Shown piece after piece: positions 12,886 through 26,338 of a DNA stretch of 64,000 nucleotides. The DNA comes from Eledone cirrhosa (lineage: Eukaryota), in assembly GCA_964016885.1 (NCBI GenBank), contig OZ024744.1, positions 48,980,001 through 49,044,000 of the forward strand, written 5' to 3'. Both the position numbers and the translations under genes were made by a program. How positions within the stretch are numbered: the stretch's first letter is position 1; the number at the start of each line of letters is the position of its first letter. Below the pieces are notes generated by a model. The model saw only the letters and a list, made by a program, of their open reading frames with translations. It searched no databases and was not told the DNA's origin.

Positions 12886-13939
12886 GCGGATATAGAGGTT
12901 ATCTCCCTTGCTGGATTCCATGTGCGTTTTCAGCTAGGGTTGGCTTTTTTATTCGTTTGGACAAAGCTCGTTGATAAAGTATTTCCTGTCCGCCGCTCTC
13001 TAGAAGTCTTATATATTTTTATGTGGGCTGATAGTGGGCGATTTAAGGATTTACAGAAACCCAAGAAGCTAGATTTACCATCTTTCTAGTGGGTCCGGGT
13101 AAGCTTTTTACATTCATATGATTTATTGATTTATTGATATTTTATCTGAGTGACCCGAATCTTCCTGATCGTAATTTTTCGGTCGTATGGTTGATTTTAG
13201 ACATAATCTATGTGTGTTGGTATTTTAACGATAGTTATAGCTCTGATTTATCTGAATTATTGAGCCCTCTGCCACTCATGTCGAATTTTGTTTATCGTGA
13301 ACTCGTGCGCCGATTTTTCGATACTCGATTATTCTACTATATTTAGCTCTAGACTTAGCTATTGACCAGTTAATTTTATTGTTCATTTTCTGTCGATTCT
13401 ATTAAATGATGAATAGCTCCTGTTTATTTTAACATGTCTATTGAGCACTCTTATTCGATATGTGATTTTCCACATTCCCGAATATTTTTCGCGGATATAG
13501 AGGTTATCTCCCTTGCTGGATTCCATGTACGTTTTCAGCTAGGGTTGGCTTTTTTATTCGTTTGGACAAAGCTCGTTGATAAAGTATTTCCTGTCCGCCG
13601 CTCTCTAGAAGTCTTATATATTTTTATGTGGGCTGATAGTGGGCGATTTAAGGATTTACAGAAACCCAAGAAGCTAGATTTACCATCTTTCTAGTGGGTC
13701 CGGGTAAGCTTTTTACATTCATATGATTTATTGATTTATTGATATTTTATCTGAGTGACCCGAATCTTCCTGATCGTAATTTTTCGGTCGTATGGTTGAT
13801 TTTAGACATAATCTATGTGTGTTGGTATTTTAACGATAGTTATAGCTCTGATTTATCTGAATTATTGAGCCCTCTGCCACTCATGTCGAATTTTGTTTAT
13901 CGTGAACTCGTGCGCCGATTTTTCGATACTCGATTATTC

Positions 13940-13944
<5 letters not shown>
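12883..13944. repeat. 1.75 tandem copies of a 605-bp non-coding unit inside (TA)n
   Basis: TTCGCGGATATAGAGG recurs at 12883 and 13488. The copies are nearly identical and both ends abut (TA)n. Confidence 0.85.
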
Positions 13945-14981
<1,037 letters not shown>

Positions 14982-14983
<2 letters not shown>

Positions 14984-17900
14984 TCTCACCATCATATACG
15001 CTGCTCTCACACTCCCCCTCACTCCTTGCCAACCAAATATAAATAAGTCTTGCTACAGGGGACTAAACCCAGAATTTGTCTCCTATTATTGATGGTCGCT
15101 TGTTCAGTTTTCTTCTACGAAATGTAAGGTACATATTAATTTCTTCTCAACTCTCCACATTCGGTTCATTCATCTATATATCTTACAATCCCCCAGAATC
15201 AAAAAATCGTATTCAAAATTGGCTTTCTATAATTCTGTTCTGTCTCACCGTTGTTTTAAAAATGTCTCACCGTTGTTCTAAAAATAATTCTGCTCCTCGA
15301 AAACTACCCCATACCCCTCCCTCCCGCCCCCACTCTCCACCTTATTATTTGGACCAATCACAAGTAAACGACCTATGCTAGCACTTCTGGTTGCTTTTTC
15401 GATATGATGGATGAACTAGGGAATTTCTGGAGAGTCAGAAGAATCTGGACACCCGAAGACAATGCAAAAGATAACGACAAATTCACCTCATGCTGCCGGA
15501 CGAAAGGGCAAAGCCCCACCCTCTTTGTTGCGGCCGCGGATGGCCAACATAACCCCAACCCCATCAACCACACCCCTCCCTGCACCCCACCCACCAAACG
15601 CAATCCAAAACTTCAGAGTTGGTACCATGAATGTAGGGACCTTAAAAGGCCGTTCAAACGAGGTTGTAGAAATGCTTGAACGTAAGGAGGTTGATGTCTG
15701 CTGCATCCAAGAGACCAGGTGGAGGGGCGGGTCTGCTAGATTCATTGTGGGTAAAAAATGATGCTATAAGCTTTTCTGGGTGGGAAATGACAATGGGCTG
15801 GGTGGGGTAGGAATCATGTTAGCAGAAAAATGGGTGGATAAGATAATAGACGTAAATAGAGTAAACGACAGAATAATTAAAATAAGACTTGTTCTAAATA
15901 GAACTACTGTGACGATACTATCTGCGTACGCGCCCCAATCCGGACTTCCTGGCGCTATAAAAGACACATTCTATGAGACACTGATGCTCACTACCTCCCA
16001 AATAACCGACAGTGACTATATAATTATTGCTGGCGACCTAAATGGTCACGTTGGACAACATTGTGACGGCTATGATGAAATCCATGGAGGCTATGGGTTT
16101 GGTACTAGAAATGAGGAAGGCTCCAGAATCCTGGAATTCTGTGACGCAAATAACCTAACAATCTGTAACACTAACTTCAAAAAACGAGACAATCACTTGA
16201 TCACCTAAAGATCAGGGGAACATACCAGCCAGGTAGATTATATCCTTACCAGAAGACGTAACAGAGTGACTGTTGTAAACACTAAATCCCTCCCCCATGA
16301 AGAATGCACCTCCCAACATAGACTGATAATTAGCGACCTCATAGTCAGGACGAGACGTACTCGACAGCAGAAGAGGACTATCCTCAGGAGAAAAAATATG
16401 GAAGCTAAAGGACCCCACAGCCAGAAATAAATTTCAAAGCATATTACTTGATGCTTTCGACAGTAAGGAAGAGCATTTAGAGTCGGACAATATAGAGGGA
16501 CAGTGGGAATTCCTGAAAGCAAACCTGCTGATGGCGGCAGACGAAGTCTGTGGCTGGAGCAGGCCTATAGGCAGGAGGAGAGTAACATGGTGGTGGAACA
16601 GTAAGGTGGAGGAGTCGATTAAGGCCAAAAAGCAGGCTTGGAAAGTATGGCGGGATGGGGGAAGTAGAGAAGACTATCAAGTGGCCAGGAGGGAAGCTAG
16701 GAGACAAGTGTACTTCGCAAGAAGGGAAGCAGAGGAAAGAAAGTTCAAGCATGTCCTACAACGCGAGGACCAAAACCGTGAGGTGTTCAGGATTGCTAGG
16801 CAATGTGTCAAGGAAAACCGTGATATTGTTGGGGAGAAGTGTGTACTAAATGATGATGGCGTACTCGCCATGACTGACGCTGATAAGAAGGTCGCTTGGA
16901 AGTGTCACTACGAGAGGCTACTAAATGAGGAGAATAAATGGGAGAAGGATAGTCTCCCCTCAGATCGATCCAATAGAGGGACCAGCAGTGTTAGTTGAAG
17001 GTAGTATAATAAGTAAGGCAATCAAAGATATGAAGACGGGTAAGGCGGCTGGGCCTTCGGAAATAGTTGCTGAGATGCTGAAGGCCTCTGGAACGGTGGG
17101 ACACACCATGGTCACCCGGATAGTAAACCAAGTCATACAGAATGGGGTTGCTCCGAAGGACTGGCGTAGCATCATCATCATTAACTGTTACAAGAGTAAA
17201 GGAGACGCCCTAGATAGGAGTAACTATAGAGGCATTAAATTAATCGACCAGGTCATGAAGGTCACGGAAAAAGTAATAGTGCAACTAATCAGAGAGAGAA
17301 TCGATCTAGATGAAATGCAGATCGGGTTTGTGTCAGGCAAAAGTACCACAGACGCTCTTTTCATTGTACGACAACTACAGGAGAAGTACCTAGCTAAAAG
17401 TAAACCCCTATACTTAGCCTTTGTCGACTTGGAGAAAGCCTTCGACAGAGTCCCCCGTTCCATTATCTGGTGGGCTCTTAGAAAACTAGGTGTTGACGAA
17501 TGGCTTGTGAGAGCTATACAAGCCATGTATAAAGAAACAGTGAGCAAGGTTAGAATTAACAACGAATATAGTGAAGAGTTTAGCGTAAAAGTTGGTGTCC
17601 ATCAGGGCTCTGTTCTTAGCCCCCTACTATTTATTATTGCTCTTCAGGCTATAACAGAGGAGTTCAAGACCGGCTGCCCATGGGAACTCCTATATGCAGA
17701 TGACCTAACGCTCATAGCTGAATCAATGGCCGAGCTAGAGAAGAAATTCCAAACATGGAAGCACGGCCTAGAATCAAAAGGCCTTAAAATTAACCTGGCT
17801 AAGACTAAAGTTCTAGTTTGTAGGAAAGAAAATAAGACGCCGGTCCCTTCCGGGAAATGGCCATGCTCAGTGTGTAGGAAAGGCGTAGGTAGAAACTCCA

Positions 17901-18927
17901 TTTTATGTCCCAAATGCAAAGTATGGGTGCATAAAAGATGTAGTGGGATCACAGGTAAGCTAACTAAGAACACAGATTTTACATGTAGCCGGTGCTCTGG
18001 TGCAATAAGTAGCAGCAAGTGCCCACAAAATACTAGCTCTTTCAACTGCGCAGAGGGTTCTATAGAAATAGTGGACAGCTTCCGTTACCTGGGTGACAAA
18101 ATCAGCAGTGGGGGAGGGTGCTCTGAAAGTACAGTAGCTAGAGTCAGAACTGTATGGAAAAAGTTCAGAGAGCTTATACTACTATTAGCCGCTAAAGGGT
18201 TCTCCCTAAAAATGAAAGGCGGGTTGTATGATGCCTGCATACGAACAGCAATGTTGCATGGCAGTGAGACCTGGGCATTGTGTGCAGAGGATATACGCAG
18301 ACTAGAGAGGAACGAAGCTTGCATGCTCCGCTGGATGTGTAATAGTAATATATGCGAACGGCAAAGCATAAACGAACTAAGAAAAAAATTAGAAATAAGA
18401 GGGATCAGATGTTGTTTACTCGAGAGAAGGCTACGTTGGTATGGTCACGTGATGCGCATGAAAGACGACAGCTGTATAGCAAAGTGCAGGGCAATAAAGA
18501 TAGACAGTAGCCACGGAGTAGGCAGACACAGAAAAACCTGGGACGAGCTGATAAATTCCGACCTCACACACTTACACCTCTTCAAGACAATGTCACTGGA
18601 CCGAGACCTTTGGCGGTACTCAGTAATAGAGAAGACCCGCATTACCTAAATACAAAGTAAAACCTACTACAGTCAGTAGGCCTCTCTAACAAAATATACC
18701 CCCGTCCCACCACCCCCACCCCATCCACACCGCCCCTTTCAATGTAAAGTTATGTTGGTGCCACAAAATCCAGGCCGAAACAAATGAGATTGTGTAGGTG
18801 TCACGACAAAAAAACACACAGTCCACGCTGTAATGTGACCGTGTAGGCAACACGGTAAAAACCTCCCAGTCCCACACTGTAAATGTGGTTGGTGTTAGGA
18901 AGGGCATCCATATGGGTGTTAGGAAGG
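14982..18927 (+). mobile_element. RTE-clade LINE, near full length, disrupted ORF (APE, RT, PHD finger)
   Basis: FRVGTMNVGTL, CIQETRW, SAYAPQ, AGDLNGHVG, then YRGIKL, KAFDRVP, GVHQGSVLSP, LYADDL, RRLRWYGHVMR. Stops at ~15759 and ~16206 plus frameshifts. The 5' boundary is approximate. Confidence 0.9.
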
Positions 18928-18940
18928 GCATCCATATATA

Positions 18941-20122
18941 TGAAAGGGTCTCAAAGTCAACATGACAAAGACTAAGGTCCTTGTAAATAGACGAGAAAAC
19001 AGAACCCAGATCCCCTCAGGGAAATGGCCTTTCTCAGTACGTAGGAAAGGTGTAGGTAGGAACTCCATTCTCTGCCCCAAATGCAAACAATGGGTACACA
19101 AGAGATGTAGCGGGATCTCAGGAAGTTTAATTAAGAATGTAGGCTTCACATGCAGCAGCTGTATTGGGACAGCAAGCAGCAAACAGCCACAGGAAACAAG
19201 TACCACCAATCTCTGGGAGGGTTCTGTAGAAACAGTAGACAATTTCTGCTACCTAGGTGACCGAATTAGCAGCGGAGGTGGGTGTTCAGAAAGTACATTA
19301 ACTAGGGTAAGAACGGGATGGAAGAAGTTCAGGAAACTACTGCCACTGCTAGCTGCAAAAGGCTTCTCCCTCAATATGGAAGGCAGACTGTATGATGCGT
19401 GTATACAAACAGCAATGTTACATGGCAGTGAGACCTGGGCGCTGAAGGTGGAAGACTGGCGTAGATTAGAGAGAAACGAAGCCTGCATGCTCCGATGGAT
19501 GTGTAATAGTAATATACGCGAACGACAAAGCATAAATGAATTGAGAAAGAGACTGAGCATAAGAGGAATCAAATGCTGTGTGCAGGAGAGGCGGTTGCGT
19601 TGGTATGGACATGTGATGCGTATGAAGGATGACAGCTGCATAAAAAGGTGCAGAGCACTAGAAGTCAATGGAAACCGCGCAGTGGGAAGACCCAAGATGA
19701 CCTGGGATGAGGTGATAAAAGCCGACCTTACCCAATTACACCTCTCAAAGGTGATGACACATGACCGTGACCTCTGGCGTCACGCAGTAATACAGAGTAC
19801 CCAATCTCCCATGGGTACAAACTGAAGCATATAGACAATCTGCCCCCACACCCTCCCACTGCAAGGTGGTCGTGGAGGTGCCACGGCAAAAAAAGCACCC
19901 AGTCCACACTGTAAAGTGGACGTGTAGGCGCCACGAAAAAGCACCCAACACTCACTGTAAATGAGGTTGGTTTTAGGAAGGGCATCCAGCTGTAGAAATC
20001 AAGCCAAATCAGTTCCTGTATGAGCAAGGAATGGTCAGCCGACCAGACACTGCTCACAACAGGACAACCCGTCTAACCCATGCTAGCATGGAAGAACGGA
20101 CGTAAAACGGTGATGATGATGA
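18941..20122 (+). mobile_element. 5'-truncated RTE copy (second subfamily) with 3' UTR and (GAT)n tail
   Basis: ORF 18962-19825 is homologous to the C-terminus of ORF 16925-18649. Tail GGACGTAAAACGG(TGA)n. Confidence 0.9.
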
Positions 20123-20603
20123 TATTAGTAAGAGTTGAGACCCAACAGCTGAGCTCTTGCCATTTCAACAGCTAATTTAAAACTGTTTAAAAAACTGCTA
20201 AGGAATTGCCATCTCATCAAAGGCATGGCTTAGGTGATTGATGTGTCAGTAAATAAATATATATTTTCAAACAATATATATATAAGATGTAGGGAGCTCA
20301 GACAGAAAAAAATTGCAATTTCAGTCAGCTGCTATAAAATAGCTTATAAAAATCAGGTAAAAATCCTTAGAGACAGAAAAATGTTGGCAGCAGCCACTAC
20401 GAAGAATTGAACTACGTATTTTCCAGATTCTGGCTAGGTACTCTGATTATTGAACTACAGGACCCCTGACAATATTTTACTATCTAAATTCAGCTGAATC
20501 AAACAGCTTTAGAAATTATAAAAAGACATCAAGTGTGAAGCTCAAATTTTCATGATGTATATATCATGGCTTGGCTTCATAAATAAAGATTATATATATA
20601 TAT

Positions 20604-20988
20604 ATACAAATATATTACACAGAGAGAAGTGTGTTACACAGTGAGATGTGTGTAAAGAATTATTACATGTGAGTTTAACTGTTACTGTATGGAAAACAAC
20701 ACCTACAGGTTAGCAATTAAATAGAAAGAACACTAAGTCAGAATCAAATCTCCGAAGTAGAGTTTTAAATTACCAACCTTATACCTATAAGCTTGCTGAT
20801 ACGAATCTATTTCGTTTCACCACTGAAATGTGTAGTGTAAAAGTCCACAGGGTCCTCAGTGTTCTTTCTATTTAATTGCCAACCTGTAGGTGTTGTTTTT
20901 CATACAGTAATGATTAAACTCACATGTAAAAATTCTTTACACACATATCACTGTGTAACACACTTCTCTCTGTGTAATATATTTGTAT
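20604..20988. repeat. Inverted repeat with ~131-bp arms and ~123-bp spacer
   Basis: 20604-20734 pairs with 20858-20988 with a few mismatches. Confidence 0.85.
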
Positions 20989-21072
20989 TTGAGCTCAGTT
21001 GAAAATTCTCTGTTCTTCTTTGAGCTAATATTATCATTACTGTGAACTGCGGAATACGCTAATTCCGATCCT

Positions 21073-21104
<32 letters not shown>

Positions 21105-21107
<3 letters not shown>

Positions 21108-21480
21108 TCACCATCTCCTTCACCATTTAACAGCCATTTTTTCACACTAGCATGGTTTAAATAAGTTGTCAGATAATCATGACATACTCATACAGAACTG
21201 ATTTTGGATGCCCTTCCTAACACCAACCACATTTACAGTGTGTACTGTGTGCTTTTTGTCATGAAACTTACATGAACTCTTTACGCTGTGGGCTGGGTGT
21301 TTTTTGTCGTGACACCTACAAGGCCACTTTACACTCTGGGCTGGGTGTTTTTTGTCGTGACACCTACACGACCACTTTACAGTGTGGGTTGGGTGCTTTT
21401 TGACTTGACACATACATAACCAGTGTGGGCTGGGAGCTTTTTTGCCATGTTGCCATCATGACAACTAGCAGTGTATGCTG
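21105..21480 (-). mobile_element. RTE 3' UTR-derived fragment with tandem 48-bp modules
   Basis: (CAT)n tail, GGATGCCCTTCCTAACACCAACC motif and about five 48-bp units. Confidence 0.7.
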
Positions 21481-21754
21481 GGGACTTTGGTAATGGGTGG
21501 TGTAGGGGATGGAGTGTTAGGACATGGATGGGGTGTTAGGATGTGGGAGGTTTTAAACTCAAAGGAGCTGATTTACCATGATGTTGACGCAAAGATATTG
21601 GAAATTGAGTTGTTCGATAGATCCCATCGGAATTAGCAATTCTAGATATTGCTCACCAGTTCATTGGTGAAACATGGGTCAGTTATGTAATAAATGTTAG
21701 TCCTTTAACTGTGAAATTGTTGTATTCATGTGACTTATTTTATAATATATATAA

Positions 21755-22256
21755 ATAAGTGCCCAGTCCACACTGTAAAGTGGTTGTGTAGGTGTTATGA
21801 CAAAAGGCACCCAGTCCACATTGTAAAGTGGTCATGTAGGTGTCATAACAAAAACACCCCAGTCCAGACTGTAAAGTGGTCATGTAGATGTCATGACAAA
21901 AAGTGCCCAGCCCACACTGTAAAGTGGTTGTGTAGGTATTATTACAAAAATCAGCCACCTCACTCTGTAAATATGATTGGCATTAGGAAGGGCATCCAGC
22001 CATAGAAACCAAGCCAAAATCAGTTCTGTGTGAGTGATAAACAATCCTTTGACCTGATCAGATGTTAAATGATGATGATCATCATAATGATATATATATA
22101 TATCATTATGATCATCATCATCATTTAACATCTGTTTTCCATGCTAGCATGAGGAAGATGGACTGTCCCTTTGTGAGAGATCAGGTCAAAGGATTGTTTA
22201 TCACTCACACAGAACTGATTTTGGCTTGGTTTCTATGGCTGGATGCCCTTCCTAAT
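21755..22256 (+). mobile_element. RTE 3' UTR-derived fragment with 48-bp modules, ending in a fold-back duplication
   Basis: Units start at 21762, 21810, 21858 and 21906. Inverted arms lie at 21982-22059 and 22179-22256. Confidence 0.75.
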
Positions 22257-22280
22257 ATCCTAGTATATATATATATATAT

Positions 22281-22704
22281 CATCATCATCATCATCATCA
22301 TCATCAACGTTTAACGTCCGTGTTCCACGCTTGCATGGGTTTGGACGGGGGTTTTCCCACTTGAGGCAAGAGGTATTGTCTTGCTCGCATAGGACTGTCT
22401 GGCAGATTTTCTACAGTTGGATGCCCTTCCTAACACCAACCACATTTACAGTGTGGGTCTGGGAGGTTTTTACCGTGTTGCCTACACGGCCACATTACAG
22501 CGTGGACTGTGTGTTTTTTTGTCGTGACACCTACACGATCTCATTTGTTTCGGCCTGGATGGTGTGGCACCAACATAACTTTACATAGAAGGGGGCGGTG
22601 TGGATGGGGTGGGGGTGGTGGGACGGGGGTGTATTTTGTTAGAGATGCCTACTGACTGTAGTAGGTTTTACTTTGTATTTAGGTAAGGCGGGTCTTCTCT
22701 ATTA

Positions 22705-22708
<4 letters not shown>
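22281..22708 (-). mobile_element. 3' end of the RTE family seen at 14982-18927
   Basis: The reverse complement matches 18620-18910 and continues to a (GAT)n tail. Confidence 0.85.
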
Positions 22709-22748
<40 letters not shown>

Positions 22749-22759
22749 GATAAATCTAC

Positions 22760-22813
<54 letters not shown>

Positions 22814-23702
22814 TAGGATAGTACCCATAAAAAAATGATTACAGCAAAAGAAAATTATATTTAATAATTCCTTGATTACATTCTATGTAACCTCATTTTT
22901 GAAACCTCAATTTTCCTTGACCTTCTTCCTCTTGTCACTGCAGCCATCGCTGCATTTTATTTTATAGTCATTTAAATCAATTACAATAATTTTCTTCCAG
23001 ATATAGATATATATTACCACAGCAGGAGGTCCAACGAGCTTTTGATTCCTAGTTTTACACCTCTTTATAGACTGGAAACTACTTAACGAGTGCTCACTCT
23101 GGTGAAACTATAGTAACTGGACGTTACAATCCCTATATGTATATATATATATGTATGTGATGATGATGATGATGATGATGTGTGTCTGTATGCATATATA
23201 TATGTATGATAGAAAAAAGTTAGTTATATTACTAAATCCCTTCAAATTCTTGATTATTTTCAGAATTATTTGAAAACCATAGGCAGTGTATTTCATTAGA
23301 AATATGGTAATGAAAGGATTAAAGTGTTTATATTTATCTAAAAAATGTTCATCATAATTTGTAAGAACTTTGTTACTGTATGTTTCCACCCCACCCCGAC
23401 ACCTTAATAATGTGAATGTTAGTTATATTACTAAATGTATATGTATGTGTATGTGTGTGTGTATATATATATATGTATATATAACATACATGCATACACA
23501 CTCACACACACATATATATACTGCCGTACATGCATATGTATGTGCGTGTAGTTTTATATATATATATATAACGGCGATGAATTAGTTTTGCGAGGTTTTT
23601 TATATGAAATCTGTGTGTCGAAACAAATATTGTTATACAATATATATATATATATACAAATATTGTTATACAATATATATATATATATACAAATATTGTT
23701 AT

Positions 23703-23775
<73 letters not shown>

Positions 23776-24257
23776 CATATATATATATATGTATGTATAT
23801 ATAACATACATGCATACACACTCACACACATATATATACTGGATGTACATGCATATGTATGTGTGTGTGATATATATATATATGTGTGTATAGACACAGA
23901 CATTCCCACTACTACCACCAACACCACCACCACCAGCCTTCCATCTCTTGATTTCAGAAATTCCCCTCTTTCCTTCCCTGCCCTCCCTCCTTTCCCCCTT
24001 CTCTTTCTTCTCTCTTCCTCTTCTTCAATGTCCATAGTTCCCTTCCTCTTCTGTATTCAAAACCTCTGACATTGATGAATGACTAGCAAATCTAAAACCC
24101 TTGCCTTCATCCATCCATCATTTTCTCTCTGGCCCCCTATTTTCCTAGCCTTGTTCATGCCCTCAATGTATCAAGCTAGCTAGCTTGACAACCAGGTTTT
24201 GATAAGAGAACAGGGTGGGTGGGTAGGTTTTTCCATGCCTGAAATTATAGCTAGAGC

Positions 24258-25241
24258 TTACCTCATATATTACCATATTTCTAATGAAAGACATTGTCCC
24301 CTATGGTTTGAAAATAACTAGAATGTTTGAGGTGATGTAGTAATATTTGTAATATAGCTAACTTTCTCATTGTTAAGCTGATGTTTGGAACGTAACTTAA
24401 CAATGGTTCTTACATAAGAATTATCATGGAAGGTTTTAGAAGATAATCATTTTGAAGATAATCAAGAATTTTGAGGTGATTCAGTAATATTAGTAATATA
24501 ACTTTCTCATTAAGTTGGTGTTTGGAACATAATTTAACAAAAGTTTTTACTTAAAATGTTTAGATAAATATAAGCATTTTAACGTTTTCTTTACCATATT
24601 TCAAATGAAAGACACTGTTTATGAATTTGAAATCATTTTGAAAATAATCAGAATTTAAAGGGATTACTAATATTAGCGATATAACTAATTTTACATTATC
24701 CCCTGTGGTTTTCAAATTATTTTACAAGCAATCAAGAATTTGGAGGTGATTTTAGTAATATCAAATCCCGCTGAGGTTAACTTTGCCTTTCATCCTTACG
24801 GGGTCGATAGAATAAGCTGGTGTGTGGAACATAACTTAACAAATGTTCTTGCATAAAATTATGATAGAAGATTTTTAGATAAATCTAAACACTTTAACCA
24901 TTTATTAATCATTTTCTAATAAAATGTACCAACTGAAATCACCCCAGGCTTTACAATACAAAACTATTTAAAAAGGTTATTTATATCCAAAATCCTTCCA
25001 TAATGATTCTATGTTAGAACCTTTGTTAAGTTATGTGCCTAATACCAACTTAATACTGTGTAAGTTAGTTATATCATTCATCAATATTACTAAATCACAT
25101 CCAAATTCTTGATTATCCTCTAAATGATTATTTTCAGAAACCTTCTATCATAATTTTTATGTAAGAACCTTTGTTAAGTTATATTCCAAAGGCCATAGGG
25201 GACAGTGTCTTTCTTTAGAAATATGATAATGAATAGGTTAA
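24258..25241. mobile_element. Decayed fold-back/MITE-like repeat with internal subrepeats
   Basis: CCATATTTCTAATGAAAGACATTGTCCCCTATGG (~24273) is inverted at ~25192-25226. The right end is GGTTAA. Related sequence occurs at 23215-23430. Confidence 0.5.
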
Positions 25242-25502
25242 AATGCATTCCTGCTTTATTAACAAGACCCCTTCCCATGCAAAGAGATTATGAAGGGATT
25301 CTATATTGCTTCTCTAAACTCCCTTTCTGTTGAAATTTGATCCAAGCATTGAGGAAGATATTAAATTACATAGGGCTATTATTGTTATTATTGTTGTGGT
25401 GTTGTTGTTGGTGGTGTTGGTGTTGTTGTTGGTGCTGCTGTTGTTTTATTAATAAATTGTATGTATGAGTGTATGCTTGCATGTATATATGTATGTATGT
25501 TT

Positions 25503-25541
<39 letters not shown>

Positions 25542-26338
25542 AATAGGGGGTACAGAGGACAAAGACAATGGAAAAAACAATGGAAAGACAGACAGTCCCA
25601 TTTCCTCAGTCAAACTATATATGTATGTATATTTGTATGTATATATGTGTATGTTCATGTTTGTGTGTGTATATCCACATATTATATATTTGTGTGTATA
25701 TATATATATTATGCATATACGACAGACTGAAAAGCCTTCCACACAGTTTCTATCTGCTAATTTCCACTCATAATGCATTGTACAACCTGGGGCTCAAGCA
25801 GATGTTGGTGCTGGTGAGGATGATGATTTCTTTTATTGGCCACAAGGGCCATGTCATTGGGGACATTACAAAGATAAAAACAACACAGAGTGGGGTTTGA
25901 ATGGTGGAAAGGAGACATGGCTAAAGAGAAAACTGTAGCAATAACAATAATAGTAATTGTAATAAATATATATATGGCGTTAAGAAGGGCACCCAGCTGT
26001 AGAAAACCAGCCAGAAACACCCCTATATGAGTGAGACACGGTCACCTGACCCAAGTTGATTCTAAATGGAACCCATCTAACCCATGCTAGCGTGGAAGAT
26101 GGACGTTAATCGATGATGATGATATATGGTGTTAGGAGGGGCATCCAGCTGTAGAAACCAAGACAAAATTAGTTCTGTAATGGACAGCTTGTCTAACTCA
26201 TGCTAATGTGGCAAATACATGAGCAAGACATGGTCAGCTGACATTGTTTGTGTCACAATGGACAGCTTGTCTAACTCATGCTAGTGGGGAAAATAGATGA
26301 TGATGATGATGATAGATAGATAACAATAGAAAACAATG

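Noticed and set aside
14982-15460. HDV-like ribozyme or ORF1 in the RTE 5' region
   Set aside because: I could not assemble the nested double pseudoknot or a convincing ORF by eye. An Infernal/RNArobo search is needed.
15750-15765. Programmed readthrough or frameshift at the RTE A-run, disrupted in both long copies (also ~61108-61123)
   Set aside because: The lesions differ between copies (TGA versus an expanded homopolymer), consistent with independent mutation or sequencing error.
23020-23130. Hammerhead half-motifs (GAAACTATAGTA here; also ~21675, ~23620, ~52060-52095)
   Set aside because: The CTGANGA core is missing or multiply mutated, so they are too degraded to call.
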